Numbered from the whole stretch's first letter, positions 13,870 to 26,459 are shown. The stretch is 63,501 nucleotides of DNA, filler included, from Octopus bimaculoides (GCF_001194135.2; 9 parts of 9 records of this genome joined end to end with filler, not necessarily neighbours in it), one strand, 5' to 3'. Numbers and translations are program-made. The notes: generated by a model from the sequence alone, not told the origin.

Positions 13870-14062
13870 ACGAAATGCTTAGCGTTATTTCGCCCGTCAC
13901 TACGTTTTGTGTTCAAATTCTGCCAAGGTCGACTTTGCCTTTCATTCTTTTGGGATCGATAAATTAAGTACAAGGGAAACACTGGGGTCGATATAATCGA
14001 CAAATTCCCTCACCTCAAACTTCAGGCATTGTGCATTTAGTAGAAAGGATTATTATTATTAT
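13870..14062 (+). mobile_element. SINE family B ending in (ATT)n
   Basis: aaatgcttagc..gtcgactttgcctttcattc..tagtagaaaggattattatt. Confidence 0.8.
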
Positions 14063-14335
14063 CTCTTTATCACAGGTTTTTTTGAAGCTTCCGGAGTCTT
14101 GCATGCATAGCGGGCTTACCACCTGCAGCCTACGGTACCTACCATGCTATTCGTTCTTTTCAGCTATCTAATACTTTCCTGATTATTCTGGTCATGCCAA
14201 GGAAGCAAAACTTTTGTAACAGTTCTACAGAGCGCTCCATTCCAATTTCCTTTATATTCCTCTTGATGCCTTCTGATACTGTTTCCAAGGATCCAACAAT
14301 AATTGATACTATCTTCACCTTCATTTTCCATAATT
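14049..14335 (-). mobile_element. R4/Dong-clade LINE 3' end
   Basis: WKMKVKIVSIIVGSLETV...LLQKFCFLGMTRIIRKVLDS*, then a 3' UTR and (AAT)n; ATT/ATC-type repeats on both sides. Confidence 0.75.
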
Positions 14336-14451
14336 ATCATCATCATCATCATCATCTTCCCCCCCTCCTCCTCCTCCTCTTCCTCCTCCTCCTCCTCCTC
14401 CTCCTCCNNNNNNNNNNNNNNNNNNNNNNNNNNNNNNNNNNNNNNNNNNNN

Positions 14452-14463
14452 TTAATTAATTAA
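14452..14463. other. Synthetic TTAATTAATTAA gap linker (one of 8)
   Basis: 44 N + 12-mer + 44 N = 100 bp here. The same 12-mer sits inside gaps at 29558, 32019, 34619, 37943, 40422, 56687 and 61020. Confidence 0.9.
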
Positions 14464-14510
14464 NNNNNNNNNNNNNNNNNNNNNNNNNNNNNNNNNNNNN
14501 NNNNNNNTAT

Positions 14511-14563
<53 letters not shown>

Positions 14564-14708
14564 CATATATATACATTGAAGTTAGGAAAGCAAATGTTTC
14601 ACACCATAACCTGATTAAAACCTCGTAACCAGAATAATCTCGTAATACATGCGAAAAACTTAAATTATGCGTACTTGAAGACGACAGAAGAGAAATATAT
14701 TGCTTAGA

Positions 14709-15303
14709 AGCCACAAGTCAGAAAATCCTTCCCAATATTCTACGGTAAGATTCGAAAAGAACGACGTCAAAGCGTTGATCTATAGTAAGATTTTTAGTCA
14801 ACAGTGTGTTCATGTGTGACTATGTAAAGCAATAAACACGTTTATGAACGATCTATTTATGTTCCTAAACTAACAAAATTATATATGTATGTATGTGAGT
14901 GTGTGTGTGAGTATATGTGTGCATGTATGAATATGTCTTTGTATCTGTCTGTCTATCTATCCATTTCTCTCTCTCTCCATATATATATATATATATATAC
15001 ACACACATACACACATGCATATATATATAAAGATAGAGAGACGAAGAGAGACAGAAAGAAAGATAGATAGATATACATACATGCATATACATATTAATAA
15101 TGCATACCACACACTCACACATACACATATAAATTTGTTAGTTTCGGTACACAAACAGATCGTTTATGAACGTATTTATTGCTTTACATAGTTACACATG
15201 CACACACTTTTAACACAAAATACCCTTATTACCTCAACGCTTTCTCAATATTCTTTTGATATCTTGCCGTAGAATATTGGGAAAGGTTTTCTGACTTATG
15301 GCT
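14709..15303. mobile_element. Foldback-type MITE with ~170-bp imperfect inverted arms around a microsatellite core
   Basis: aagtcagaaaatccttcccaatattctacgg...ctaacaaa (14715-14878) is mirrored at 15130-15298; no clear TSD. Confidence 0.75.
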
Positions 15304-15732
15304 CCATCTATATATATATATATNNNNNNNNNNNNNNNNNNNNNNNNNNNNNNNNNNNNNNNNNNNNNNNNNNNNNNNNNNNNNNNNNNNNNNNNNNNNN
15401 NNNNNNNNNNNNNNNNNNNNNNNNNNNNNNNNNNNNNNNNNNNNNNNNNNNNNNNNNNNNNNNNNNNNNNNNNNNNNNNNNNNNNNNNNNNNNNNNNNNN
15501 NNNNNNNNNNNNNNNNNNNNNNNNNNNNNNNNNNNNNNNNNNNNNNNNNNNNNNNNNNNNNNNNNNNNNNNNNNNNNNNNNNNNNNNNNNNNNNNNNNNN
15601 NNNNNNNNNNNNNNNNNNNNNNNNNNNNNNNNNNNNNNNNNNNNNNNNNNNNNNNNNNNNNNNNNNNNNNNNNNNNNNNNNNNNNNNNNNNNNNNNNNNN
15701 NNNNNNNNNNNNNNNNNNNNNNNNNNNNNNTA

Positions 15733-15777
<45 letters not shown>

Positions 15778-15788
15778 ATACATACACA

Positions 15789-17070
15789 CGAGGGGTATTC
15801 ATTAAAGATTTTCCCTGACCCACTTCTGCAAGGACTGGGATAAACGAAACTTGCCACAATTATTAGTCATTCTCCGTACACCCATCACCAATGGTGCAAC
15901 ACTTCTCCCATCGCTTTATGCATCTGCAGAAGGCAGAAGGCAATAGGCTGCATCTAAAGCCAAGACTTTACCACAGAATTAAGTTCATCATCATATGAAA
16001 AGTGCTTCACCTTCAAAAATGATTTCATTGCTGGAATGATATAGAAGTCAGATGGTGCGAGGTCGGGAGAGTAAGGGTGATGTGGCGTGATTTCATAGTC
16101 GCTTGAATGTGCTTTCACCTGGGCAACATGCACTTTGTTAACTGGTGCACCGTCTCAGAGGAGGTGCACAACTTTGGTCTGCATGCCACGCCTCTGCTTT
16201 GATGGCGACCCGTAATTTATGCAGCAGAGAAGCATAATATGCGCCGTTAATTGTAGTACCCTTTGCCGGAAAATCCATCATCACTACTCGACGCTAGACC
16301 CAAAAGACTGTGAGCATCACCTTGCCTGCTGAAGGTTGGAAATGAGAAACCATTGCAAATGGTGAGTTATCTTCCATTGCTTCGAATGGACTTTAGTCTC
16401 AAGATCATAGTGATGGACCCATGTTTTATCCCCTGTGATAAGTGTTCCGAATAGTCTTCCCTCCTTTTCTTGACACAATGCCAAAAGTGCCTGGGAGCAA
16501 TTGAAACGTTCCTGCTTCGGAAAAGGGGTGATCATCCGGAAAATCCATTATGCAGACGAATTCCGCATGTGCAATTGGCCGTGAGTGATTTTTTTCGACG
16601 GACCCTATATTTATCTTCACTTCCTGGGCTATTTGCCGAATAGTTATGCGGCGACACTCCAAAATAGTGGCTTCCACTTTATGGACTGTGTCGTCATCAA
16701 TGGCGGCATGTGGCCATCCAGGAATAGGAGCAGTTTCCACCGATGTCTCACCACATTTGAACTGGCGATGCTAGTGTTTGACTACGACGTATGATGGTGC
16801 ATCGTCAACGTTGACTTCTTTCATCTTATCAAAAGTCTCTTTTGGTGTACGACCTTTTATGCATAAGAACCTGATCACTCATCTGCATTCAACTGCCTCC
16901 ATTATAACACCTTAGTCCACTTCAGCAGCCGTAAAAGACAAATGAATATTAGTGGAAAGCTGCCAGTTACAATGTGACATGTAGAGACATCTATGATTAT
17001 GCCTTTACAAGTTCCGTTTCCTGCAATAATCGAAAGTGAGTCAAGGGAAATCTTTAATTAACACCCTTCG
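15789..17070 (-). mobile_element. Full-length dead mariner transposon (~1.28 kb)
   Basis: Imperfect TIRs CGAGGGGTATTCATTAAAGATTTTCCCTGAC / CGAAGGGTGTTAATTAAAGATTTCCCTTGAC; TA at the right end, CA at the left. Confidence 0.92.
15863..16902 (-). pseudogene. Mariner (DD34D-type) transposase pseudogene
   Basis: MEAVEC..IRFLCIKG.., RRITIRQIAQEVKI, ITGDKTWVHHYDLETK, HPYSPDLAPSDF, with stops and frameshifts. Confidence 0.92.
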
Positions 17071-17315
17071 TATATATNNNNNNNNNNNNNNNNNNNNNNN
17101 NNNNNNNNNNNNNNNNNNNNNNNNNNNNNNNNNNNNNNNNNNNNNNNNNNNNNNNNNNNNNNNNNNNNNNNNNNNNNNNNNNNNNNNNNNNNNNNNNNNN
17201 NNNNNNNNNNNNNNNNNNNNNNNNNNNNNNNNNNNNNNNNNNNNNNNNNNNNNNNNNNNNNNNNNNNNNNNNNNNNNNNNNNNNNNNNNNNNNNNNNNNN
17301 NNNNNNNNNNNNNNN

Positions 17316-17436
17316 AATTAACTTTAGTATTTCAGAATATTTTTATGTGATTTTAGTAAACATATCTAATAACATGAGAAGTCAGTGTTATTTTCATTTT
17401 TGCATAATTTAGACGATAATTTTTCACTGCCTCCTG
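17316..17436 (+). mobile_element. 3' end of a second maT-like copy
   Basis: Similar to 36385-36498 (ctttagtatttca...gtgttattttcatttttgc.taatt.agacga); the 5' part is lost in an N gap. Confidence 0.7.
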
Positions 17437-17494
17437 AACATATGTGTGTGTGTGTTTGTGTATGTCTGTGTGTGTGCGTGTGTGTGTTTGTGTA

Positions 17495-17547
<53 letters not shown>

Positions 17548-18174
17548 TCGCGAGTATGTGTATACAGTATATACGTATATATTTGATCGTCCATTTATTA
17601 CTTCTTTTGTTTTTGCCGTGTTTAAATTAGGTCTTACCAAGTTTTTTGTTGTTTCCGATAAACCAGATGTAAAATAGAATATATTTTTAACAGTTATGGG
17701 TTGAATATTTTATATATAAATCTGTACATCTATATGCATATTCGATAAATACTAATTTTACTTGAATTCGTCTCATAATTAATGAAACGAAGAGTTAGCG
17801 ACGTTCACACAATTATACCAGCATGTACACTTACATATGAATACCCAATCCATCGACATGCTGTGAAGTATATCCCAGTTTCTTGTTCCAAACTCTTGAG
17901 ATAATTTTAGCCATTTATTTGCCCATTAAAATATTAATTTATTTTACTTTTAGCTTACAATTACGTATTTTCTGTGAAGCCTCACTATTTTAAATATGGC
18001 CTACGCCTTGAAATTCTGTCATCGAAAAATCCATGAGGCAATAAAATGAAGCTGTTGCAAGTTTCAAACAATATATTCAATTCTATGCGGTTTCTTGGAA
18101 AAATTTCGTTACTTACTTTCATTTCACTAATTCTAACAAATGATTGTATTTATGTTATTTATTAATGTATCTAG

Positions 18175-18275
18175 GTACTTGTGAACGACAACTTGTATGA
18201 TAACAACTTCGAATACAAAAGAGCCTTTTTGAGGAGTAAAATGAAGTTATTTAGTGAAACGGATTTAGAAGATTC
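18175..18275 (+). CDS. Internal exon of M13 (neprilysin/ECE-like) metallopeptidase
   Basis: ag|GTACTT...GATTC|gtaagt, 101 bp, phase 0 to 2; VLVNDNLYDNNFEYKRAFLRSKMKLFSETDLED(S). Position matches the neprilysin segment LNYKEDEYFENIIQNLKF...DKDE and splices in frame to the next exon. Confidence 0.75.
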
Positions 18276-18669
18276 GTAAGTTTTTACTTTATCACTATTT
18301 ACCCAAATATTTACTTGTTTCACGGTTCTGAGCACAAATCCACTATGAACGTCCTCAATATAGTAATAAGGTAGCTTTGGCAAAATAATGATGACAATAA
18401 CGATAATTACAAGGAGTATGGTGATGATGATGATGATGTTGATTACAGCGGCTTTCTCGATAGTCTCAGAATCGACAGCTGTTTCAGTCATTATATCTCG
18501 TGCCAGTAATAGAAATATAAAATTAGAGAAGTACTGTAAAAAAAAAGATTATTAAATTATATTCATATAACTATAAGGAAATACGAATAGTTTCTTGAAA
18601 TTCTCATTTCAATTAAAAGTAACTTATCTTCCTTTACTAGATTGTCAATAATGCTGTCCATTATTTGGT

Positions 18670-18845
18670 TTCAAAGTTTGACACAAAGCCAACAGGTTTG
18701 GAAAAGTGGCTAAGTCGATTACATCGACCCTAGTGTTCAACTGGTACTTATGTTATCTATACCCGAAAGAGATGAAAGGCAATATCAACGCCGGCGAAAT
18801 TTGAACTCATGACGCAAGGACGAGCTAAAGATTCTGCCAGCTGGC
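18670..18845 (-). mobile_element. SINE family B
   Basis: gtcgattacatcgaccc..gatgaaaggc..atttgaactc..ttctgccagct. Confidence 0.75.
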
Positions 18846-20659
18846 TACCTTATTACTGTTCAAAATTGACCATAAGTAAATATATTAAGGCTTTAAGCTG
18901 ATGAACATCGAATTTTCTGTTTGATTTCTCAAGAAAATATTTTAATGTGACATAAATTGTCATCGTATTTTAAATGGCTTTTCCATTTCTGACGAGTGAA
19001 CTAAGGAACGCGTTTGGAAGCTATTGCTCAGATAAATCCAAGCAAACAGTTTTGTAAATTACTATGAGACATAGATATTATTAATTTTAGTACTGGTGAT
19101 GTTGGTAGTTCACCAATTTAAGTGTATCAGCTTAGTTGATTTTGCTCCTGTTTAAATATGTTTCTTATCATGAGTTCGCACCATACAAGAAAACCCGAAA
19201 GATAATAGGAAGGCAAAAACACAATGGATCATATTAAACAAAAGATATAAATCTTTTGTGTAATGGAGGGACCTGCACAAATATTGACGAGTTATCTGTC
19301 TACAAGCTGTATAGATAGAAGAATTAAAAATCTTCTCTTGCCATTTTACAGCGATAATCCTTGTATGCTACATATTTACAAGTAGCAACTTGGTGGTTTA
19401 TAGATTCATTAATACTGAATAAAAAGAGTATCGGCAGCGCTCATGGTTTTGTGTTTGAGCCTCCATATCTGACTGGATTAACGAGGGAGTCTAACTCTAA
19501 TACTTGCCAAAGTGATGATTCCGTAAAATCCCCAAATGGCTAAGTAGAGTTCATTAACCTAACGACTGTTAAATCTACCACTTAAGGGATTTTCTACAAT
19601 TTCCGTCAGTGATATTTAACACATACAAAGCATTGGAAAAACCAAGGTTATGGAAGAAGACATTCTCTTTAAATGCCACACAGTGATATTACGAAGTAAA
19701 TCACGTAGATTCGAGGCAACTGTTTTAATCACACGGTCATGTCTGTGCCCATATTTCTACGAAGACAGATTATTGATGATGAAAAATTTTCCAAAGTTGT
19801 ATCATTTCAGTCAACTGTAACTACTATTAATAGAAAATAGTAAAAATAATGACCTAGCCTGAAACCTTAGTTTGGTCGTGTTAGGAAGAAATTTAATGGA
19901 CGGGCTGTCTATAGCCTTCCGAAATAGCGTTGTTATGTTACCACAACTTCGAAGCAAAATTTCTTTTTTAAAATCTAGACATTTAAATATTTCTTTTTGC
20001 GGGGCGAGGGATAACTTACTCAATCATGTTTTTCGATTCCCTATAAAATTCAAGTTGGTTACAACGTCATAAACTGCCCATGTCTGTAAACCGTCCTTCA
20101 ATGCAAAACAGAGTTCAGTTTGACAAAGCACATAACTTGAATATACTTCGTTTCAGGAGGAGAGTCCTACTTTAAAAGTTACATAGTTTATGTGAAGTTT
20201 TTAACATATTACAAACTTAAATTCAAATTTGGGGAAGTGAAATATTGAACAGAGTGAATATAGTCAACTAAAATTTTACTATGCACATTAAAAACATTGC
20301 GTGCCTATATTCTTTCTTATCCCCGTTAATAGATCCCCACAATAATCTCTTTATGCTCTGAATATAAAGTTTTGTTGCTGAAGTCCACATTGCTTTCATG
20401 CAAGAAGATCACATAAGTACCAGTGGTCCAATCTAATCGACTATTCAAATCTACACCATTATGGGCTTTTGCGTATATTATGAAGTAAACGTAAAGTGAA
20501 GGTCAGTGAATTGCAAGAGAGCTTGTCTGGTAACACCACAAAACTCTCTTGTGATACGTATACGTATAAAGTACTTTACGCTCCGAATTCAAATTCATTT
20601 TAAGAGGTTTACTTCAAGTTTCACACAGCTACCGCGATAGCATATAAGCGATTCAAATA

Positions 20660-20895
20660 TTTATTTATTTATTGCCCACAGGTGGCTAAACATACAGGGA
20701 ACAAACAAGGACAGACAAAGGGATTAAGTCGATTACATCGACCCCAGTGCGTAACTGGTACTTATTTAATCGACCCCGAAAGGATGAAAGGCAAAGTCGA
20801 CCTCGACGTATTTTGAACTCAGAATGTAACGGCAGACAAAATATCGCTAAGCATTTCGCCCAGCGTGCTAATAATTCTGCCAGCTCACCGCCCTT
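20660..20895 (-). mobile_element. SINE family B, variant with an alternative 3' tail
   Basis: B body plus tail gattaagtcg..acaaacaagg..gcccaca. Confidence 0.8.
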
Positions 20896-21049
20896 AATGC
20901 GATTCAAATATTTGGAACAATTTAATTTGCACGAAATCTAAATCCCTCTCACTTGATATTCTTCATTGATAGATTTAGTTTAAGAATTCCATATACCGTG
21001 ATAAAAAGAGCAGTAATATAACCAACTTTATTCGTTTTATATCATACAG

Positions 21050-21108
21050 GGCTATTATCAACACATTTGATGTGAACGCTGTATACAATTCAATGTTTAA
21101 CACAGTGT
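21050..21108 (+). CDS. Internal exon of M13 metallopeptidase carrying the VNAxY motif
   Basis: catacag|GGCTATT...GTGT|gtatgt, 59 bp, phase 2 to 1; AIINTFDVNAVYNSMFNTV aligns with the M13 motif VNAFY/VNAYY...N.I. Confidence 0.85.
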
Positions 21109-21297
21109 GTATGTATAAAACTTTATACAATTTTCAGCTTTATGTAATTATGTGTGGAGGAGTAAGAGACTGTGTGTGAGGGAGAGTTTCTGATCCAACA
21201 ACACGTAACGATTACCACTTGCTCAAATATGCACTGTTTTGGAAGCGGTCTATTTCGTCTCTGTCTCTCTCTTCAACTCCCTTTCTCTGTTCAACTC

Positions 21298-21348
<51 letters not shown>

Positions 21349-21606
21349 TTATCTATCTATCAATCACTATATCTACTGATTAATTCACATGTTATTAAAA
21401 CATTATCAATAGCATTCTTAATTGTAATCTTTCGATAAATATAAGTTCTGGTTTACATTGTAATGTGCGTTCTATAAATACACACATACACACTCCCTGG
21501 ACGTACACAAATATCCAGATAAATATAGAATTACATCCTTCTTTTCACATTTATCTACTACTTTTCCAGAATTTACGATATGCTGGAAACCATTACAACC
21601 CACATA

Positions 21607-21923
21607 GTTATATTCCGGGATGAACATTTTGCTTTCTTGCCAAATGAAAACATGCACTATATCTTCATTCTTCATGTATTTATTATTGTTATTATATTAT
21701 GTCCATTATATCCTTTCCATTATATCCATTCTAAAATTGACTAAACACAGCAGAAAGAGACACGTGGGGTGGAATAGTCGCTGAAGAGATCACAGGTGTG
21801 TGACGAAAGATTTTCAGATAATGGACAAAACTTAAAATAATGACAATAATAAACGCGTGAAGAACGAATATATAGTGCACGTGTTTATTTGGCAAGAAAA
21901 AGATGACCATCCTAGAATATAAC
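21607..21923. mobile_element. Old MITE-like inverted repeat (~100-bp arms)
   Basis: gttatattcc...ttcttgccaaat...gcactatat...gtccattat is mirrored at 21818-21923. Confidence 0.6.
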
Positions 21924-22316
21924 AATATCTATTTCTATAGACAATTTCACATCAGGAATCTTGCAAAACAAATTCATAAACGTAACATTATATCCCACCT
22001 TATATAGAAAAGGACTGATTTCTATCATTGAGAAAACAATGCTTGTTCAGTGGTAGTCGAGGCACTACGTGTGACTGTTTGTTTGAATATATGAATGTAC
22101 GTACGTACTTGCCATGGGGAAAATCCTGTAAAAGAAAAGATTCTTCGCATTATTTCCAGCTATTCAAAGGGAGCTGGCATTCTTTGGTCATGACTCCTGT
22201 TTTTGTTGTTTTCGAAATCGTAACTTTAGATGGGGCTTAAACCTGGTGCATTTGGGTGATCATATTTCTCTAAGTTGCTGTATATACTGCTCGACTGTAA
22301 AGACCACTAAAAAGAC

Positions 22317-22960
22317 TTGCAGGCATGGTTGTGTAGTAAGAAGCTAGCTTCCCAAGCATATGGTTCTGAGTTCAGTCCCACTGCGTGGCACCTTTAGCAA
22401 GTGTCTTCTACTATAGCCTCGGGCTAATCGAAGCCTTGTGAGTAGATTTGGTAGACGGAAACTGAAAGAGACCCGTCGTATGTATGTATGTATGTATGTA
22501 TATATATNNNNNNNNNNNNNNNNNNNNNNNNNNNNNNNNNNNNNNNNNNNNNNNNNNNNNNNNNNNNNNNNNNNNNNNNNNNNNNATATATATATATATA
22601 TATATATATATAAATTCAAATGAGTGGTACAACAAGGCACCAATATTTACTGGAAAATAGTAATCGATACAATAACGACGCTATTGTGAAGCTTCACTGC
22701 ATATATATATACACATATCTGTGTGTGTGTAAGTGTGTGTGTATGCGTGTGTATTTGTGCGTGTGTGTCTGTCTGTGTTACACCCACCAGCGCTCGACAA
22801 CAGGCTCTGGTGTGTTTACGTCGTCATAATTTAGCAATTCGACAAAAGAGTCCGATAGAATAAGTAGTAGGCTAACGAAGAATAAATCCTGGCGTCGATT
22901 TGTTCGACTAAAGGCGATGCACCAGCATGGCCTCATTGACATGACTGAAAGAAGTAAAAG
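22317..22960 (+). mobile_element. SINE family A (head and tail separated by a gap and microsatellites)
   Basis: Head 22317-22490, tail 22780-22960. Confidence 0.8.
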
Positions 22961-23353
22961 TTCAAATGAATATTTGTTTATTTATATCTGTTTTTCTCCA
23001 TACTTTTTTTTTGTTAAGCAGCTCCAGTATACCATCCATTTGAAGCATTCCACTCATCTTTTCATTTTGCCCATATTATCAAGCTTTTCGTAGCTATCGG
23101 TGATAGGTACTTCATCCTCGCTGCTATTTTGCGATATTTTATTCTGTAGTGATGTAGTAGATGTAACAGGTGGCAATGACAAACCTACTTACGCCAACTT
23201 CTATGGCTTGTACTGGGCGGCGGCATACCCTCTTGTTTGACGTCATTTTCCTCAGTTTCAGGCGTCCGGTCACCGCTTACCAACCACATCTTACTGCCAG
23301 CGATCGGTATGCATCCACATTAAGCTGGATACACATCCGCGCACACAGCCACT

Positions 23354-23406
<53 letters not shown>

Positions 23407-23919
23407 GTATAAGTAGAGCGCATGAATACCAGATTTACAAAGCTCTGTAAAACATTTTGACAGCTTATATTCAGTAACTGCAATAATATTACTTTTAGGG
23501 CTCTAATGCAATGTCCTAAAATCAGAACAAAAAATGTACCATCAAACGAATCTCTGTTTGGTCTTCTGATTGCTGAGCTTAGCAGTCTCATCTTCCTTAC
23601 ATTATATTCTACGACGTTAGAAAAGTAAAATTACCATTTAATCATATATTCGATGTCCCAATATGTCCGAAGAATAAAAGGGATATTCAAGCCTGAAACT
23701 TTTCTGATGTTAACTCCGTTAAGTGATGGTTTACCTGATTGAGCAGGGTCAGGAAATAATGCGTTCCCGACTTCACTGACAGAAATAGCAATAACTGAAC
23801 TATACAACGTATTATTGTTTCTCGCACCCAACGGCAACATTTTAAGTCAGCCATGTGTTTGCAGTGCCTGGTTGAATTGCATCAGTGAGCAGAGCTTGTA
23901 TATAATTTAAAAGTAGGGT

Positions 23920-24106
23920 ATAGGCGCAAGTGTGGCTTTATACGCGCAGGGATGGCTGTGTTGTAAGCAGCTTGCATCCCAACGACATGGTTCTGGGTTC
24001 GATCCCACTGAATGGCACCTTGAGCAAATGTTTCCTATTATAGCCTCGGATCGACCAAAGCCTTGTGAGTGGATTTGGTGGACGGAAACTTCAAGAAGCC
24101 CGTCAT

Positions 24107-24146
<40 letters not shown>

Positions 24147-24362
24147 GTATTTGTATGTCTGTGCCTGTACCACCGCCATCGCTTGACAACCGATATTGGT
24201 GTGTCTACGCCACCGTAAGTTAACAGATCGGCAAAAGTCACCGAAAGAATAAGTAGTAACCTTACAAATAATAAAATCTTCGGATCGATTTATTTGACTA
24301 AGGGTGGTGCTTCCAGCATGACCGCAGTCAAATGATTGAAACAAGTAAAAGAATAACAGAAT
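23920..24362 (+). mobile_element. SINE family A, full length
   Basis: Similar to 5100-5490 over its length. Confidence 0.85.
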
Positions 24363-24804
24363 ATTGGCTTGTGATGAGGAGTTGGAATTTTCCGTTTCGG
24401 TTACGACCATTCGCCAACTTGCTAGTTGTTTTAATGCATTACTTACCGCCATGAATACTTTTCTCGATTTAGCTGTTTAACTATTTCAAACGCGTCTAAC
24501 AATAAGAACAATAGGAAATATATTGATAAGTCTCCTATAACATATCACGAAGTCACGCAAAAAGCGCCGTCTTTAATTTCTGTTGACCTCGTAGTATATT
24601 GATTGCTGCACTTACGACGGATTCATCAAGCAGAAAAGCTACGAAAACCCCGCAGACCCCTAAAAACTACGAAATAATATATTTTGCTTTTTGACAGACT
24701 TTATCATTTAAATTAGTAATATTCCCAACGCTAAGTCGCTGAACTTTTTTGTTATGCTGCATCAAATATACAACTATATGTAAGTTATCCTCATGTTGCC
24801 ATAC

Positions 24805-24810
24805 TCTGTC

Positions 24811-24867
<57 letters not shown>

Positions 24868-24868
24868 G

Positions 24869-24921
<53 letters not shown>

Positions 24922-24975
24922 GTCTGTCGGTCTGTCTGTCTGTCTGTCTGTCGGTCTGTTTGTCTGTCTGTCTAA
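24805..24975. repeat. (TATC)n/(TGTC)n microsatellite
   Basis: Directly visible. Confidence 0.95.
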
Positions 24976-25098
24976 CTAATGCAACCAAGGCGATAATTTG
25001 AAGCCAGAGTCGATTTGTCAAACTTTTCTTTATATGTTTAACACACACTTACATACACACATTCAAATAGTACATGACTTTTTTGGTTTTTCTTTTAG

Positions 25099-25150
25099 CT
25101 ATACCAGCAGCCATGTTGCAGCCACCCATGTTCGATATGGATGTCGCTGA
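25099..25150 (+). CDS. Internal exon of M13 metallopeptidase carrying the PAxxLQPP motif
   Basis: Long pyrimidine tract ttttggtttttcttttag|CTATACCA...GCTGA|gtaagt, 52 bp, phase 1 to 2; (S)IPAAMLQPPMFDMDVA matches FPAGILQPPFF. Confidence 0.88.
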
Positions 25151-25899
25151 GTAAGTGTTTGTTCTTCTTATTCTACAAAAAGTTACACGCGAAGGTTGTC
25201 TGCGATACGTAGATAAAACATTTCCTGTATCCCGACTGTGTGAATAAGAACATCTAGATTCATAGAAGACATGTATGGGTGGCTTTAATGTAATTAGTAG
25301 TACCGCGTTCATGGTTACATAAGATGCTTAGTTCAAGTCTCGTAGACAGCTTGTTACCTTATTCTATCCAAGGGATTTTAGCTTAATGAATAATGGAATT
25401 CACTTCAAGATATATCATCTACATATACACACACATACGCACGGATACATGCGAACGCATTTGCGCGAAACACACACACATGCATATGCGCGAAAACACA
25501 CACACACACACACACACACAAACATTTATGCATATATCATGAGTGCGTCTGAAACGCTGTCGCTATTAAAAGTTCACATTTCAAAGTCATATATCTTCTA
25601 AAAGTAGTGTGCGTTTGCAAATGCCAAAAGAAATTGAAATGACGAAGCGTTCATTGATTCTAATTTAAAGTTGAAAATATATTTTTAAAAATGTTTATAT
25701 TTCATGCACTATAATTCGGACATTTCGGTAATATTTAATTATGAAATATCATCATAGTACCTGAATATTTTAGAAATATAAACAAACGTAAACCTGAAAC
25801 AATAGATTATTTTCAATCGTCAACGACATAAACTGCGTATTAAGGTTTTGGGGATAGGATTTTCTAAATGAGGTATTTTACTAAAGACAGATTTCCAAT

Positions 25900-26085
25900 A
25901 AATATTGGTTTCAAATTCGATGAAGTCGATTACACCGACACTAACGCTGAACTAGTATTTATTAATATAAAAGATGAAAGGCAAAGTTAGTCCTGGCGGA
26001 ATTTGAACTCAGAGTGTCAAGACACACGGAATGCTGCGAAGCATCTTGCTCGATGTGCAAGCGATTGTGCAAGCTCACCGCGTTA
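25900..26085 (-). mobile_element. SINE family B, diverged
   Basis: gatgaaaggcaaagttagtcctggcggaatttgaactcag. Confidence 0.7.
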
Positions 26086-26459
26086 AATTTCCGTTAATGT
26101 GGACATATTTTGTTTGAAATATATTTGTTACCCCGTACTAGATACTGTTAGAGAAGTTTAAGTAAAAGTGATTTGATAGCAATATATACTAATGTAAATG
26201 TAAATCACTGGAAGACTGAATTATTTTTTGTCTACCATGACAGATGAAACTTCATAATAACATTTTAAAAATATAAGTTTTATAACAAGAATTTTAACAA
26301 GCTATGTATATAGAAGACAGCTTTTGCACGCTAGCCATAGTCCAACATTGATGTATATCCACAAAACAATTTATTTTATGATAATTTAAGCTAGAATACA
26401 CCTTTTCAGAATAGTTGTCCTTTAAACAATAACATAGACCAGGCTTGAACTATAACTCG

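Noticed and set aside
18450-18506. Alternative middle exon GFLDSLRIDSCFSHYISC
   Set aside because: The start phase fits, but the end phase leads to a stop in the next exon; 21050-21108 fits motif and phase far better.
19255-19320. CNGGTCTN EGF-like peptide
   Set aside because: Cysteine spacing is incomplete and a stop follows; likely chance.
23150-23240. Plus-strand peptide DVTGGNDKPTYANFYGLYWAAAYP resembling the VNAxY region
   Set aside because: No phase-compatible donor before the stop codon.
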